Shown one piece after another: positions 1-10,781 of a DNA stretch of 64,000 bases (position 1 is the first letter of the stretch; every line of letters begins with the position of its first letter). The stretch covers positions 96,001 to 160,000 of the forward strand of contig CAVZDU010000008.1 of the NCBI GenBank assembly GCA_963774265.1, read 5' to 3'. The position numbers and the translations under genes are program-made. The notes beneath the pieces are model-generated. The model was given only the letters and a program-made list of their open reading frames with translations, was not told where the DNA came from and made no database searches. This stretch comes from an uncultured Chloroflexia bacterium. Its GTDB lineage: Bacteria; Chloroflexota; Anaerolineae; CG2-30-64-16.

Positions 1-27
1 GCCTGTTTTGTCATGTTGATCGTTGTC

Positions 28-711
28 TTACTTGGTTCCATTGCCGCCCTGTGCGCCGACGACGCTCAGGATGCGCATGGTCAAGGCCAAGCCGCGGCGC
101 ACGTTCGGATCACGCATCTGGCCGAGAAGAGCTGGCAGTGACGTTTTCACGGGCTTCGCCACCTCGACCTCTGTCTGCGCCATGATGGTGCGCACAAACC
201 CCATGATTTCAGGCTGGGTCATGTCCTTCACCGTGTTCAGAATCAGGACGACGTTATCTCCCAGCTTCTGCACATCTTCTTCGGTGAACGACGCAACAAC
301 GTTATCAGCGATCTTCAGCCCGCCCGAGGCAAAGGCGAAGTAGCCCCTGTGTTCGGCAACCTGTAACAGGTCAGTGGCCTTCTCGAATGCCTGGTTGGTC
401 AGCGGCCCGACGGTTTGCGCCAGATCCATCATGCTCTCGAGTTGATCCAGCATTGTCTCGAAATGGCGTCCATTTCGCAGGAGCCGCTTCACGAGGCGCA
501 GCAGATCGCCGAGATCGACATATTCCTGCACTTCCTCCAACTGTTCCACGGCCAACCGAAAGCCATCATTGACGATGGGAGTCATGTCGTGCATCAGTTC
601 AGCGCGTTCCTGGCGCTCGCGCTCCGCACGCCGGGCTTGTTCGGTCAGGTACGCCACTTGCTGAGTCAGGGCGTCAAGCTTATCGTTCAGTGCGACCAGT
701 GCCTGGTCCAT
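28..711 (-). CDS. DUF1641 domain-containing protein
   Basis: MDQALVAL start with GGAGG RBS; C-terminal 'SLPALLGQMRDPNVRRGL' is typical of DUF1641; directly downstream of SQR. Confidence 0.75.
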   Translation of the reverse strand: MDQALVALNDKLDALTQQVAYLTEQARRAERERQERAELMHDMTPIVNDGFRLAVEQLEEVQEYVDLGDLLRLVKRLLRNGRHFETMLDQLESMMDLAQTVGPLTNQAFEKATDLLQVAEHRGYFAFASGGLKIADNVVASFTEEDVQKLGDNVVLILNTVKDMTQPEIMGFVRTIMAQTEVEVAKPVKTSLPALLGQMRDPNVRRGLALTMRILSVVGAQGGNGTK

Positions 712-722
712 GACGTCCCTCC

Positions 723-1955
723 TTACTGCCGCCACTTGCCGTACATGCTCATGCGCGCGGGCAGCGGCAGCTCCTGGCCCTTCAACAGGATGTTCCAGTA
801 CATCCAGCGGAACATCATCTTGCCCCAATGGTTCATCTCCGATTCCTGCAGTAGCGTGAAAGGACCCACGCCGGGCAGCGGGTAACGGCCGGGCAGCGGC
901 TCGACATCGTAGTTGAAGTCGATGAGCAGGCCTTTGCCGAAACCGGATTCGATGAAGCAATTGGCGTGGCCGTCAAACGTAGGCAGCATCTCCAACCCGT
1001 CGATGTGACGCAGGAAATTCTCGGAGAAGATATCGACCGCATAGTGCGCCACCGAGCCGGCCTTGGAAGTCGGCACGGCCGCAGCATCGCCCAAGACGAA
1101 GACATTGCTGTACTTCGGCGAGAGGAATGTGTGCTTGTCAACCGGAATGAAGTTGAGCTCGTCGCCCATGCCCGAACGCGCGATCACATCGTCGCCCATG
1201 TTCAGGGGCACGCTGATCAGCAAATCGTACTCGATCTCTTGTTCGTCGTAGGAGACGAGTTTCTTGGCATCGGGTTGAACTTCCATCGCCATGAAATCAG
1301 GCACCACCTTGACGTTCTTTTGATCCAGGATATTGCCCAGATGTTGGGCGGCGATCGGTTTCGTGAAGGCCCCGGAGAGTGGGGTCGCGTAGATCAGCTC
1401 AACGCGGTCCCGGATACCCTGCTCGTGGAAGAACCAGTCCGCAAGCATAATGAATTCAAGCGGCGCGACTGGACACTTGATCGGGTTCTCAACCACGTTG
1501 ACCACCATACGACCCCCCTGCCATGTGCGCAGGTGCTTGGCCAACGCCATTGCGCCTTCGATCGTATAGAAGTCATAGATGGACTTATACCATTCGTGTT
1601 CCTGCAGACCAGGTGTCTGGTCCGGCCGCGTTATGGCCCCGGTGGCGATCACCAGGAAGTCATAGCTCAAATACCGGCCGTCCTTGACCAGCTTCACCCG
1701 GTTGTGCTCAGGCTCGATGAGCTCGACGGGTGACATGATCAGTTCGACGCCGGTCGGGATGAAGTCGCGCTTCGGCTTAACCACGTCGCTCTTGCTGTAC
1801 ATCCCGAAGGGCAAGAACAAAAAGCCGGGTTGGTAGTAGTGCGTTTCATGTTGATCGACGACGGTGATGTGCCACTCGTCGTCAAGAAGACGGCGCAGCC
1901 GGCTGACGACCATGGTGCCGGCGGTGCCGGCACCAAGTACCAATAGCTTCTTCAT
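723..1955 (-). CDS. sqr: Sulfide:quinone oxidoreductase-family FAD oxidoreductase (type III-like)
   Basis: GAGTAG Rossmann motif, HYYQPG, KCPVAPLE, CFIESG; GGAGG RBS. Confidence 0.8.
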   Translation of the reverse strand: MKKLLVLGAGTAGTMVVSRLRRLLDDEWHITVVDQHETHYYQPGFLFLPFGMYSKSDVVKPKRDFIPTGVELIMSPVELIEPEHNRVKLVKDGRYLSYDFLVIATGAITRPDQTPGLQEHEWYKSIYDFYTIEGAMALAKHLRTWQGGRMVVNVVENPIKCPVAPLEFIMLADWFFHEQGIRDRVELIYATPLSGAFTKPIAAQHLGNILDQKNVKVVPDFMAMEVQPDAKKLVSYDEQEIEYDLLISVPLNMGDDVIARSGMGDELNFIPVDKHTFLSPKYSNVFVLGDAAAVPTSKAGSVAHYAVDIFSENFLRHIDGLEMLPTFDGHANCFIESGFGKGLLIDFNYDVEPLPGRYPLPGVGPFTLLQESEMNHWGKMMFRWMYWNILLKGQELPLPARMSMYGKWRQ

Positions 1956-1990
1956 AAAACACAAGCCTCCACTCGCTGAAAGAGGATAGA

Positions 1991-2779
1991 CTAAACGGAC
2001 GTTGTTCCATGGGCCGGCATCTGCAGCCGCGCCTGGATCATTTGCGAAAAAACATCTGCGATGCGCTGCACGAACCGGAGTGCGCGCTCCTGAGCGACGC
2101 GGTCCATGTGAAACACTGCCACGGAGTGAGCGGTCACCGTCTCCGGCTGCACGTGGAACAAGGCAGCCAGTTCGTCTGCTTGGTCCGCGGTCGGCGGCCA
2201 ATTCTCAGATACAATGCCGCCGATGACCACCATGCCCTTCAGTTCAGCGCCCACACGAATCAACCCGCGCGCGCACATCAACCCCATCTCACTCAGAGAG
2301 AATTTCGGCTCAAGTGCAACATCGCCGGCCATCTGCTGCCACGTGTGGACGCAGTGCTGAAGACCATCGGGATTGCCCGCCATCAACGCATCGAAGAAAC
2401 CGCAGGGGTTGCTGATCTTCGTGATGGGCCTGCCCTGCATATCGGTGATGATCAGGGTGGCGCCCAGCAAGTCCGCAAAAGCATCTTGGGCCGCTTGAGC
2501 GCATGCGACCGGCAGCATATCCATGAGGCTGCCATCGTTAATTGGAGCGGCAAATACAGATTCACGAGAAGGAGACAACTCCTGCAATCCACCGGCCAAC
2601 GGTGCGAATGCTGCGGAGCGTCCCGCATGGAGCCAGCGCTCGACATCGGTGCGCGCAAACCGCCACTGTTTGCCGACACGCATCGCGGGCAGTTGCCCAC
2701 CATCTACCATACGGTAGATGGTCGTGCGGTCCACCCGCAGGAGCGCTTGAACTTGCTTAGTCGTCAGGAGATCCGTCAT
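1991..2779 (-). CDS. Regulator: excisionase/BldC-like HTH fused to PocR sensory domain
   Basis: N-term LLTTKQVQALLRVDRTTIYRM..LPAMRVGKQWRF; C-term ITDMQGRPITKISNPCGFF..C..GLMCARGLIRVG. Confidence 0.75.
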   Translation of the reverse strand: MTDLLTTKQVQALLRVDRTTIYRMVDGGQLPAMRVGKQWRFARTDVERWLHAGRSAAFAPLAGGLQELSPSRESVFAAPINDGSLMDMLPVACAQAAQDAFADLLGATLIITDMQGRPITKISNPCGFFDALMAGNPDGLQHCVHTWQQMAGDVALEPKFSLSEMGLMCARGLIRVGAELKGMVVIGGIVSENWPPTADQADELAALFHVQPETVTAHSVAVFHMDRVAQERALRFVQRIADVFSQMIQARLQMPAHGTTSV

Positions 2780-2868
2780 TGCCACTTCAACATCGTTTTT
2801 GTTCGTGAAATCACTAACAGTATGCTTCGTATACCACTCTTTGTCACTGATCCAGATCATATTCAATG

Positions 2869-2914
2869 CATCAAATACATCATAGATGTCCTGGATTCTC
2901 CATCAAATACATCA
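2869..2914. promoter_or_regulatory. Direct repeats CATCAAATACATCA x2, candidate operator
   Basis: Identical 14-mers at 2869-2882 and 2901-2914 in an AT-rich divergent intergenic region. Confidence 0.5.
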
Positions 2915-3135
2915 AAAGTTACTCGTCTCGTTGTGTCGCAGACAACCCTGGAACCAGGGTCTGCTTCACCCCGTCACAACAGTCAGAAAGAAGAGAATGT
3001 TTTAATTGCCCGCCTCACGTTGCCTGTGTTATACTGATCAGGCGTGATTTTTGCGCAGGTTGCAGGTTGCCTGGTGTGCGCCTGCAGCCCTGATGCTTCC
3101 GCTGACGCGGAGGAGATTTGAGAGAGTTTCAAGCA

Positions 3136-4326
3136 ATGCACAAGCGCACCCTTGCGGTGCTCTTGGGGGCTATACTGCTGCTGGCCGTGGGCTCGATCGG
3201 GTGTTCTGTAACGCAACTTGTCGCTCGCCAGTCGGCTGTAACTGTCACACCGACGCGCACGCCGCGTCCTACATGGACACGAGCAGGCGATGTGTTCCAG
3301 GTCGCCACCCCGACAATTGATGCAACGCGTTTTCCAGGAGCGGCATTGACTGGTGTCGTCGCGTCCACCGCACAAGTCTTTTCACCGGGTCAATCGGGAC
3401 CGATCTTCGTGCCCGTGCCCCAGGGCAGTGGGCTGAGTGTGCAGACGGTGGTCGTGGTCATCGTGACTGCGACGCCACAGCCGCCGCCTACGCCAACACC
3501 CGGCCCACCGACCATGCCTCCGCCACCCACGTTCACACCCGGCCCCCCCACGGCCACGCCAACGAACACCGGCACTCCGTTGCCGCCGGTCACAATTCGC
3601 GTTAAGGTGGACAAGGCGAACGTGCGCCAGGGGCCGAGCCAGTTTTATCCGATCGTGACCAAACTGGATGTGGGCACCAATGTCACGGTTGTCGGCCGAA
3701 ACCGTGGCGGCGACTGGTGGAAAGTTTGCTGCGTCAACGGCCAAGACGTTTGGATTGCGGACTCGGTGGTCGAGATCACCGGGCCCCTGTGGGCTGTCGC
3801 CGAGGTAGCCAACATCCCTCCACCGCCGCCAACGGCGATTCCACCGCCACCGACAGCGACGCGCGCGCCGACACCCACTTTTGCGTGGCCTTTCCGGGTG
3901 GAAGGCGCAGTTCGAGAATATACGAATCCTGGCAACAACTTTTTCCGCGTTGATGGTGTGATCTATAACGGTGCCACGCCGCTCTACGGCTACAAACTGC
4001 GCATCCGCAAGACGTCTACCGGTCAGGAATGGCTAAGCACCGGTTCGCAAACCTCGTGGATGTGGTATGTACTTCAGTTTCCGGCCGATGGAAAAGATCC
4101 GAGTATCCCAGTGGATTGCCCCAGTGCCAACCCACCTAAGGGGCTAATCTGCTTGAAGAGCAACGTTAAATGGGACAGTAACGGCGTACAGGTGCCTTTG
4201 GGCGATGATGTGTGGGAGGTCACTGCAACCGACGGTGGCGGCAAGCCAGTATCCACGCCTGTCCGTATCACAACCAGCGCAGCCAACCCAAAGTGGTACT
4301 ACATCACTTTCACGAGCAGCCCATGA
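3136..4326 (+). CDS. Pro/Thr-rich SH3b-domain lipoprotein
   Basis: Signal peptide with lipobox SIGC; PT-rich linkers; ANVRQGPS...GRN..WWKVCC SH3 motif. Confidence 0.75.
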   Translation: MHKRTLAVLLGAILLLAVGSIGCSVTQLVARQSAVTVTPTRTPRPTWTRAGDVFQVATPTIDATRFPGAALTGVVASTAQVFSPGQSGPIFVPVPQGSGLSVQTVVVVIVTATPQPPPTPTPGPPTMPPPPTFTPGPPTATPTNTGTPLPPVTIRVKVDKANVRQGPSQFYPIVTKLDVGTNVTVVGRNRGGDWWKVCCVNGQDVWIADSVVEITGPLWAVAEVANIPPPPPTAIPPPPTATRAPTPTFAWPFRVEGAVREYTNPGNNFFRVDGVIYNGATPLYGYKLRIRKTSTGQEWLSTGSQTSWMWYVLQFPADGKDPSIPVDCPSANPPKGLICLKSNVKWDSNGVQVPLGDDVWEVTATDGGGKPVSTPVRITTSAANPKWYYITFTSSP

Positions 4327-5483
4327 ACCAGATCGCGCCCTCCCACATCCCAACACGACCGGCCAGGGTGCGCGCCATGGCTGTCGTGATTCTCCTGGCG
4401 CTCGTCAGCCTTGCCTGTTCGGTGGGAAGCGCGCTGCAGGGCGGTTCTGGGAGCGGCGCCACGCCCACGAGAACACCGCGGCCGACGTTCACGCCGCTGC
4501 CCGGCGCGCTCACGCCAGCGGTCACGGGATTGCCGGCTGTACGCGGCACGCTACCGCCGGGCGTGAGTGTGCAAACGCCGGACAGTGCTGGGGTGACCGG
4601 CGCATCGTCTATCGGCGCTAACGGCACGCCCGCATCGGTGGCCGGCGATACGAATCTGATATTGTTCGTCACCAACACGCCGACGGCTTCGCCGAGCCCA
4701 ACCCCACGGCCGGCCACTGTGACGCCGATAGAACGCGTCGGGTCGGACGGCCCCGCCCCGCATGCGACAGCTTACGTGGTCATCAAGCCGGCCACGCTGA
4801 ACGGCCGTCGCGGCCCCGGGCCCAACTACGAACGCATCGGCCAGGCGAGCAAAGGCCAGGAGCTGTTTGTCCTGGGACGCACGGCCGATGGCGCCTGGTT
4901 ACAGGTCTGCTGTATGGCGAACCAACCGGTCTGGGTGGCTGCCGACCAGGTGGATGCCACGGGCGCAGTCGAGGCTGCTCCCGTATTCACGCCGCCTCCC
5001 ACACCCCTGCCGCCCACGCCCACCCGGATCCCGCAGCCTGCAATCCCGCGGGTGGGGCAGAGCCCTCTGGCAACGCCGCGACCGGTGGGCACGCCTCTGC
5101 CGCCGTTCGACGTCGCTCGCGGGCCCGAGTTCCCGATCAAACGCGACAACGGCGTGCTCACGATCTGGGTCAAGGTATATGAAGGGTCGGACGAATTCCA
5201 GCGTCCACTGGGGGGTTACATCCTGAAGGTAACGCGCGACGGCGTTGATATCAGCGATAACATTCAGTCGTTCGACGACCGTCCATTTGACAAGACCCCT
5301 GCCAACCAGGGCGCATATGAATATAATCTGAAATTCGAGAAGTACGAAGCCAGCGAGGCCGATTGGGAGATCTACCTGGCCCGACCCGGTGGATTCCGTG
5401 TGTCGCCGGTCACGAAATACACGACCAAGGGCGACTCATATCGCAACCTGGTGGTCTACATTGCTTATCTCCTGGCGCGGTAA
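4323..5483 (+). CDS. Pro/Thr-rich SH3b-domain lipoprotein
   Basis: ATGA overlap with upstream gene; lipobox SLAC; LNGRRGPG...GRT..WLQVCC. Confidence 0.75.
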   Translation: MNQIAPSHIPTRPARVRAMAVVILLALVSLACSVGSALQGGSGSGATPTRTPRPTFTPLPGALTPAVTGLPAVRGTLPPGVSVQTPDSAGVTGASSIGANGTPASVAGDTNLILFVTNTPTASPSPTPRPATVTPIERVGSDGPAPHATAYVVIKPATLNGRRGPGPNYERIGQASKGQELFVLGRTADGAWLQVCCMANQPVWVAADQVDATGAVEAAPVFTPPPTPLPPTPTRIPQPAIPRVGQSPLATPRPVGTPLPPFDVARGPEFPIKRDNGVLTIWVKVYEGSDEFQRPLGGYILKVTRDGVDISDNIQSFDDRPFDKTPANQGAYEYNLKFEKYEASEADWEIYLARPGGFRVSPVTKYTTKGDSYRNLVVYIAYLLAR

Positions 5484-5559
5484 CCCGGGCGACTGTGCAG
5501 ACGGTCGTCCCCTGCCCGCCACGAACTCCAGAAAACTTGAACCGAGGAGGAAGTGCAAC

Positions 5560-6513
5560 ATGCGCGTGCGCTTTTGGGTGCTCATTGCTGCGGCTGTACT
5601 GGCTATCGGGCTGGCGGGCTGTAGTACGGCCCGTGTCGCCCGCGGGCCGGCCAACACGCCCGTACCCACGAAAACCCTGCGGCCGACTTTTACCGCAACG
5701 GTCCCGGAACCGACCTTGACGCCAAGCCCTACCACCGCCCAGCCGGTCTCCGCTGATCAGGCTCCGGCGGCCAGCGCCACGCCGGAAGGGCCAACCGCAA
5801 CGGCTGAGCCGCCGACACCCGAGCCAAGTCCCACGGCCGAGCCCGCCGCCTTCACCGTAAACAGCGCTTCGCTCAACGTGCGCAGCGGCCCCGGCACCGC
5901 CTTCGGCGTCATCGGCCGCCTGACAAACGGCCAGAGCTTCCCGATAACGGGAAAGAACCGAGACGGCAGTTGGTGGCAGTTCGACTACAACGGCCGGACA
6001 GGGTGGGTGGCTGGCTCGAATGTCTCCGTCCGCAGCGGCGACACGGTGGAGGTTGCGCAAAACATCCCGGTCGCACCGACCGCGGCCCCGCGACCAACTG
6101 CACGACCAGCAGCCCCGCGACCCGCGCAGCCCCAACCACAACCACAACCGCAAGTCGTTACGAAATATAGCCTGACCAAGTCTGAGCTACGTCCTAACAC
6201 AAATCCCATCGTCAGTGTTTGGTGCTTCGTGATAAACCAGGGCGGCAACGGCGTGGTGGGAGGGACGATTCGAGTCCTTCAGGGCGGAGCCACAGTCAAA
6301 GAACAACCATTCAACGCCGTGATGGCTCGCGGCGATCCAGGTTACTCCTCAGAGTATCTCTATAACGATGGGTGCAAAGTGGAGTTGCCTGGGGCGGACG
6401 GGACCTACAGCGCCTACTTGATTGAGGGTGGCAACCAGGTGTCCGACGCCTTCACCTTCACGGCCTCAGGTAGCACAAACCGAATCGCGATTATTGAATG
6501 GAAGCTACGGTAG
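5560..6513 (+). CDS. Pro/Thr-rich SH3b-domain lipoprotein
   Basis: GAGGAGG RBS; lipobox LAGC; LNVRSGPGTAF...GWV. Confidence 0.78.
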   Translation: MRVRFWVLIAAAVLAIGLAGCSTARVARGPANTPVPTKTLRPTFTATVPEPTLTPSPTTAQPVSADQAPAASATPEGPTATAEPPTPEPSPTAEPAAFTVNSASLNVRSGPGTAFGVIGRLTNGQSFPITGKNRDGSWWQFDYNGRTGWVAGSNVSVRSGDTVEVAQNIPVAPTAAPRPTARPAAPRPAQPQPQPQPQVVTKYSLTKSELRPNTNPIVSVWCFVINQGGNGVVGGTIRVLQGGATVKEQPFNAVMARGDPGYSSEYLYNDGCKVELPGADGTYSAYLIEGGNQVSDAFTFTASGSTNRIAIIEWKLR

Positions 6514-6545
6514 ACAAGGCAGCCGTTAGCGGTACTCATGTCTCC

Positions 6546-9349
6546 ATGCAATCAGCAAGAACCCGGTTTTGTGGCAAAACAGGGTTCTTGCTGATTGCCA
6601 TGCTGCTGGGCCTCGCCCTCCGCGCAGCCCGGCTTAACTTCCAACCCTTGTGGTGGGACGAAGGCTATTCCGTCTGGTTTGCCACCCACTCACTCGACCA
6701 GATGGCAGCGCTCACAGCGGAGGATATCCATCCTCCGCTGTACTATGCGCTGCTGCACCTGTGGACGCTTCTGGGCGGGACAGGGCCAGTCAGCCTGCGG
6801 CTTCTCTCAGTTGCTTTCGGGGTCGCCGCGATCCCGATGATGTATGTGGCGGGGCATCGGATTCTCGCCAGTCACCGCGCAGCCTTACTGGCCTCCTTCC
6901 TCGTGGCGATCAGCCCCCTGCACGTTTTCTACAGCCAGGAAATTCGCATGTATGGACTGGTCGCCCTGCTCAGCACGGGGGTGCTGTGGGCGGCGTGGGG
7001 GGTGCTGCACCAGCGTCAAAGTCGTTCGGCGCCGTTCGCGTACGTCATCCTGACCACCCTCGCGCTCTACACGCAGTACTACGCCCTTTTCTTGCCCATC
7101 GCTCTGACTCTGTACGCGCTGTGGTGGTGGCGCAAAGACCTCAGGAGCCTTGGACGTTGGCTCGGATTGCAGGCCATCATTGCGGTCTTGTATCTACCGT
7201 GGACGATCTACGCGGGGTCCAGGCTCGTCCTTTACGTTAGCAACAAGATCGTCGCGGACGCTGACAAACCTCTCGGCTTCCTCATGTATCTCGCCCGACA
7301 TCTCTCTGCCTTCACAGCCGGTCACCTCGAAGGGCCGCTTGCAACGTGGTGGCCGCTCGCCCTGGTGCTCCTCATCCCGACAATTGTCGGTCTCATCCTA
7401 CGAAGTCGAGCGCGGACGCGACCCGCCGGCCCATCTCCTTTTTCGTCACGGTACTCGGCGTTGCGCTGTTCCTCGGCTGGCTGATCGGTCTGCGCTACCC
7501 CTTCTTCCCCGACCGCGGTGAACGGCTGTTGCTGCTCGCTCTGCCGGCGTTCGTGATGCTGACTGGCGCCGGTCTCGATGCCTTGCTGGCCCGCGTTCGG
7601 CCCATCGCTTATGGGGCCCTGGCGCTCGTCGGAGCTGTTTCGGCGGTCAGCCTGGCCGGGTTCTACTTCGTGCCCCGCTATGCGGATGATGACTACCGCC
7701 CGCTCATCGCGCGAACCGTCGAGCAGGGACTGCCAGGCGACACCGTCTACTGTGTATATCCGTGGCAGGTCGGCTACTGGCGCAGCTACGCCCAGGTTAA
7801 CGGCCCCGTCGCGGTGTTAGGACCGGCAGGGGAATGGGGACCGGAGGTCCAGGCTGCCCTCCAAAACGAGCTGACACAGGGACGCGTCTGGTTCCCGGCG
7901 CACCTTTCGCTCGGCGCGATCCTGGAAACGCAGGTCGAGCGATTCCTGGGCGAACGCGCCGTGCCTTTTGCCAACACGTGGTACGGGCCCGGAACCCGGC
8001 TCAGTGCGTGGAGTGCACAGAGCATAGGGAACGATCCGGTCAGCCTCAGCATAGGAGCCGCCCCTCTCGCAACTTACACGATGCCGGGCGGCGGCCAACT
8101 TGCCTTGCTGGGTGTCACCGCCGTCACCTCTCAAGTACCCGCCGCAAATCAAATCGTGCCCCTGTCTGTCACCTGGCAGGCCGATCGCGTGCCACCCGAG
8201 CTTGGCGTAAGCGTACGCCTTTCGGATGACCTGGGGCAGATCTGGGGACAGAACGATTATGAGCCGCCCGGGGCGATGGTGGGATCAGACGCAGGCAAAG
8301 CAGAGGGGTCCGCGTGGCGCGCAACCGACCGTTTTGGGCTGCTCATTCCTGCGGGAACACCGCCTGGCCGCTATCGGGTCGAGCTCCTGGCGATGCCTAA
8401 GGGCAGCACGCGGCCCCTGGATGCGGTCGCCCAAGGGCAGCCGGTCGAGGAAGGTGTTCGCCTGTTCGACCTCGAGGTGACGCCCGCTGACCGGACCCTC
8501 GGTCCCGAGCGTCTCCCCATCGCCAGCCGCCAGACCATCGACCTTGGCGACGACCTGCAGTTCCTGGGCTACGCCGTCGACACCGCACCGTTGGCCCCCG
8601 GCTCCCTGCGCCGTGTGAATCTGTTCTGGCAGGCGATCGGGACGCCTGTCGCCGACTACACCGCATTCGTCCAACTTCTCGACAGTGATGGCTCGCCCGC
8701 AGCAGGATGGGAGGCTCCACCCGGGGCGGCGCATGCTACCTCGAGTTGGGCGTCAGGAACGCTGATCCGCACGCAAGCCTTCTTCCGCGCACCTGCCACC
8801 CTGCCGAATGGCCGCTATCGCCTGATCGCCGGGCTTTACCGGCCGTCTGACGGCGTCCGACTCAAGACCTCATCCGGCGCCGAGCAGCTGTCACTCGGCA
8901 AGATGACCATCCAGGGTCGCGACCACAATATGACTCCACCCAAACCCGCCTGGCCGGCAGATGTCTCATTCGACGGCGCCGCGCACCTGGTCGGCTACGA
9001 CCTACCCACGGGGCAGGTTGCAGGCGGCGGAAAGCTGGTGGTAACCCTCCACTGGCAGGCAGTAGCGGCGTCCGACCGGCCTTATACGGTTTTCGTGCAC
9101 CTGGTGGACGAACAGGGGCAGGTTCGAGGTTATGGGGACGGCGAGCCTGGCAACGGGGCCTATCCCACCACGGGCTGGCTGGCCGGTGAATACCTGGCCG
9201 ACGAGCACACGATAACCGTGGCGGCCGATGCGCTGCCAGGAACGTACCGTATCGCAGTCGGCCTGTATGAGCCGGGCCCCGGGCAGAGGCTGCTGACGGG
9301 ATCGGACGAAGATCACACGGTCCTGGATCAGGTAGTGAGCTTGAAGTAA
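6546..9349 (+). CDS. GT-C fold glycosyltransferase (GT39/PMT-like) with three C-terminal beta-sandwich repeats; one frameshift near 7400-7425
   Basis: LWWDEGYS, DIHPPLYY, YSQEIRMY motifs; TM helices continue in the second frame; repeated GYDL..L.W..YTVFVHL..YPT..W domains. Confidence 0.75.
6548..6598. repeat. Long REP-like palindrome inside the 5' end of the glycosyltransferase
   Basis: GCAATCAGCAAGAACCC...GGGTTCTTGCTGATTGC perfect 17-bp arms plus inner GTTTTG/CAAAAC pairing. Confidence 0.7.
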
Positions 9350-9399
9350 CGCCTCACCTGCTGCGGCGAGTGCAAGGCCGGATGCAGCCGTCGGGAGGG

Positions 9400-10584
9400 T
9401 TATTCATTTTGCACCCGTCGCCGTAACTGCCCGCACCCCGCGTCTATATCGATCCCTCGTCGCAGCCGCACCGTTGCCGGTATACCATTTCGCTCCAGGA
9501 TCCGCTGAAATACAGCCGCATTGGCATCAGACGAAGGCTGATACGGAGACTCGGCCACGGGGTTGAGCGGGATCAGATTAACGTGGCACATCACCCCGCC
9601 GCTCGTGCTGCGCAGTGGCTTGAGCAGGGCGGCTAACTCGAGGGCCAGTTCCGGTGTGTCATTGATGCCGTCCATCATGGCGTACTCAAAAGTCACCCGG
9701 CGGTTGGTGCGCTGGATGTATTCGAGGATCGCGTCCATCACGTCACGGATCGGATAGCGCTGGTTGACCGGCAGGAGCTTGCTCCGGAGCGTCGTCGTTC
9801 GGCGCGTGCAGACTCACCGCCAGATTGATTTGCAGTGGCTCGCCCGCCATTCTGCGGATGCCCTGCGGCAAGCCCACGGTGGACACCGTCATGTGGCGCG
9901 CACCCAGGTTGAACCCGTCCTTATCCGTGATGGCGCCCAACGCTTGCCAAACGCGGTCATAGTTGGCGAAGGGTTCGCCCATGCCCATGACGACGATATT
10001 CGTGAGGCGTAGCCCCTGCCTGCCGGCGGGACGGTCCTCTCCCGGGAACTCCGGCGAGGCGCTTAACAGGGAGCCGACTGAGCCGAAGGCGCTCAGTGGG
10101 ATGAAGGTGGTCTCGCGGGGGATCGGCGCCAGTGGCGTCGCCGCAAGGTCCGCGCGGCCGCCAGCACCTGGGCCACGATTTCGCCAGTGGTCAGGTTGCG
10201 CGCCAGACCGCCCTGCCCCGTCGCGCAGAAGACGCACCCCATCGCACAGCCGGCCTGCGAGCTGATGCACACCGTGCGGCGCTCGTCGTAAAGCATCAGC
10301 ACGGTTTCGACCGTCAGTCCGTCAGCCAACCGGAACAGCCACTTGATCGTGTGCCGGTCTGCCGATCGCTGCTCGTAGATGCGTTCGAGCGGCTCGATGC
10401 GCGTTTCCGCGGCCAGCCGGTTACGCAGCGCGGCAGGCAGGTTGGTCATCTGGCTGGGATGCGTTGCCAGCTTCCTGTACAGCCAGTCCCATACTTGCCT
10501 TGCGCGGTAGGCCGGCTCCTCCCACCTGGCCAGCAACTCAGTGAGTTGGACCTTAGTCAAGTCATATAGCAGCGCGCCGTTCAT
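9400..10584 (-). CDS. rlmN: 23S rRNA/tRNA m2A methyltransferase RlmN (frameshifted in assembly, internal insertion)
   Basis: [40 protein letters not shown] spread over several frames. Confidence 0.9.
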
Positions 10585-10712
10585 GGTGCGAGGATAGCAC
10601 AAACGGAGGGGATGGTCAACGAGTTCTAGAGACTCGCAACATCCTGGCTGCATCCTGCCTGAAAAACGATCTCTGCCTCCGTACCGATTTGCACTTTTTC
10701 GCACTCAGCGAG

Positions 10713-10741
10713 TTGACACAGAGAATCACCTGTAATATCCT
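10713..10741 (+). promoter_or_regulatory. Putative sigma70 promoter of the ABC operon
   Basis: TTGACA-17bp-TATCCT. Confidence 0.45.
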
Positions 10742-10781
10742 ATGACCAGAGAGCCCATCATATCAAAGGGAGGACAACTCG

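Noticed and set aside
1991-2779. Prophage or integrative-element excisionase
   Set aside because: The HTH is fused to a PocR sensor and no integrase, att site or phage genes are nearby.
9400-10584. Pseudogene calls for rlmN, cca, moaC and etfB
   Set aside because: Conserved housekeeping genes with intact motifs and only single-base indels; assembly error is more parsimonious.
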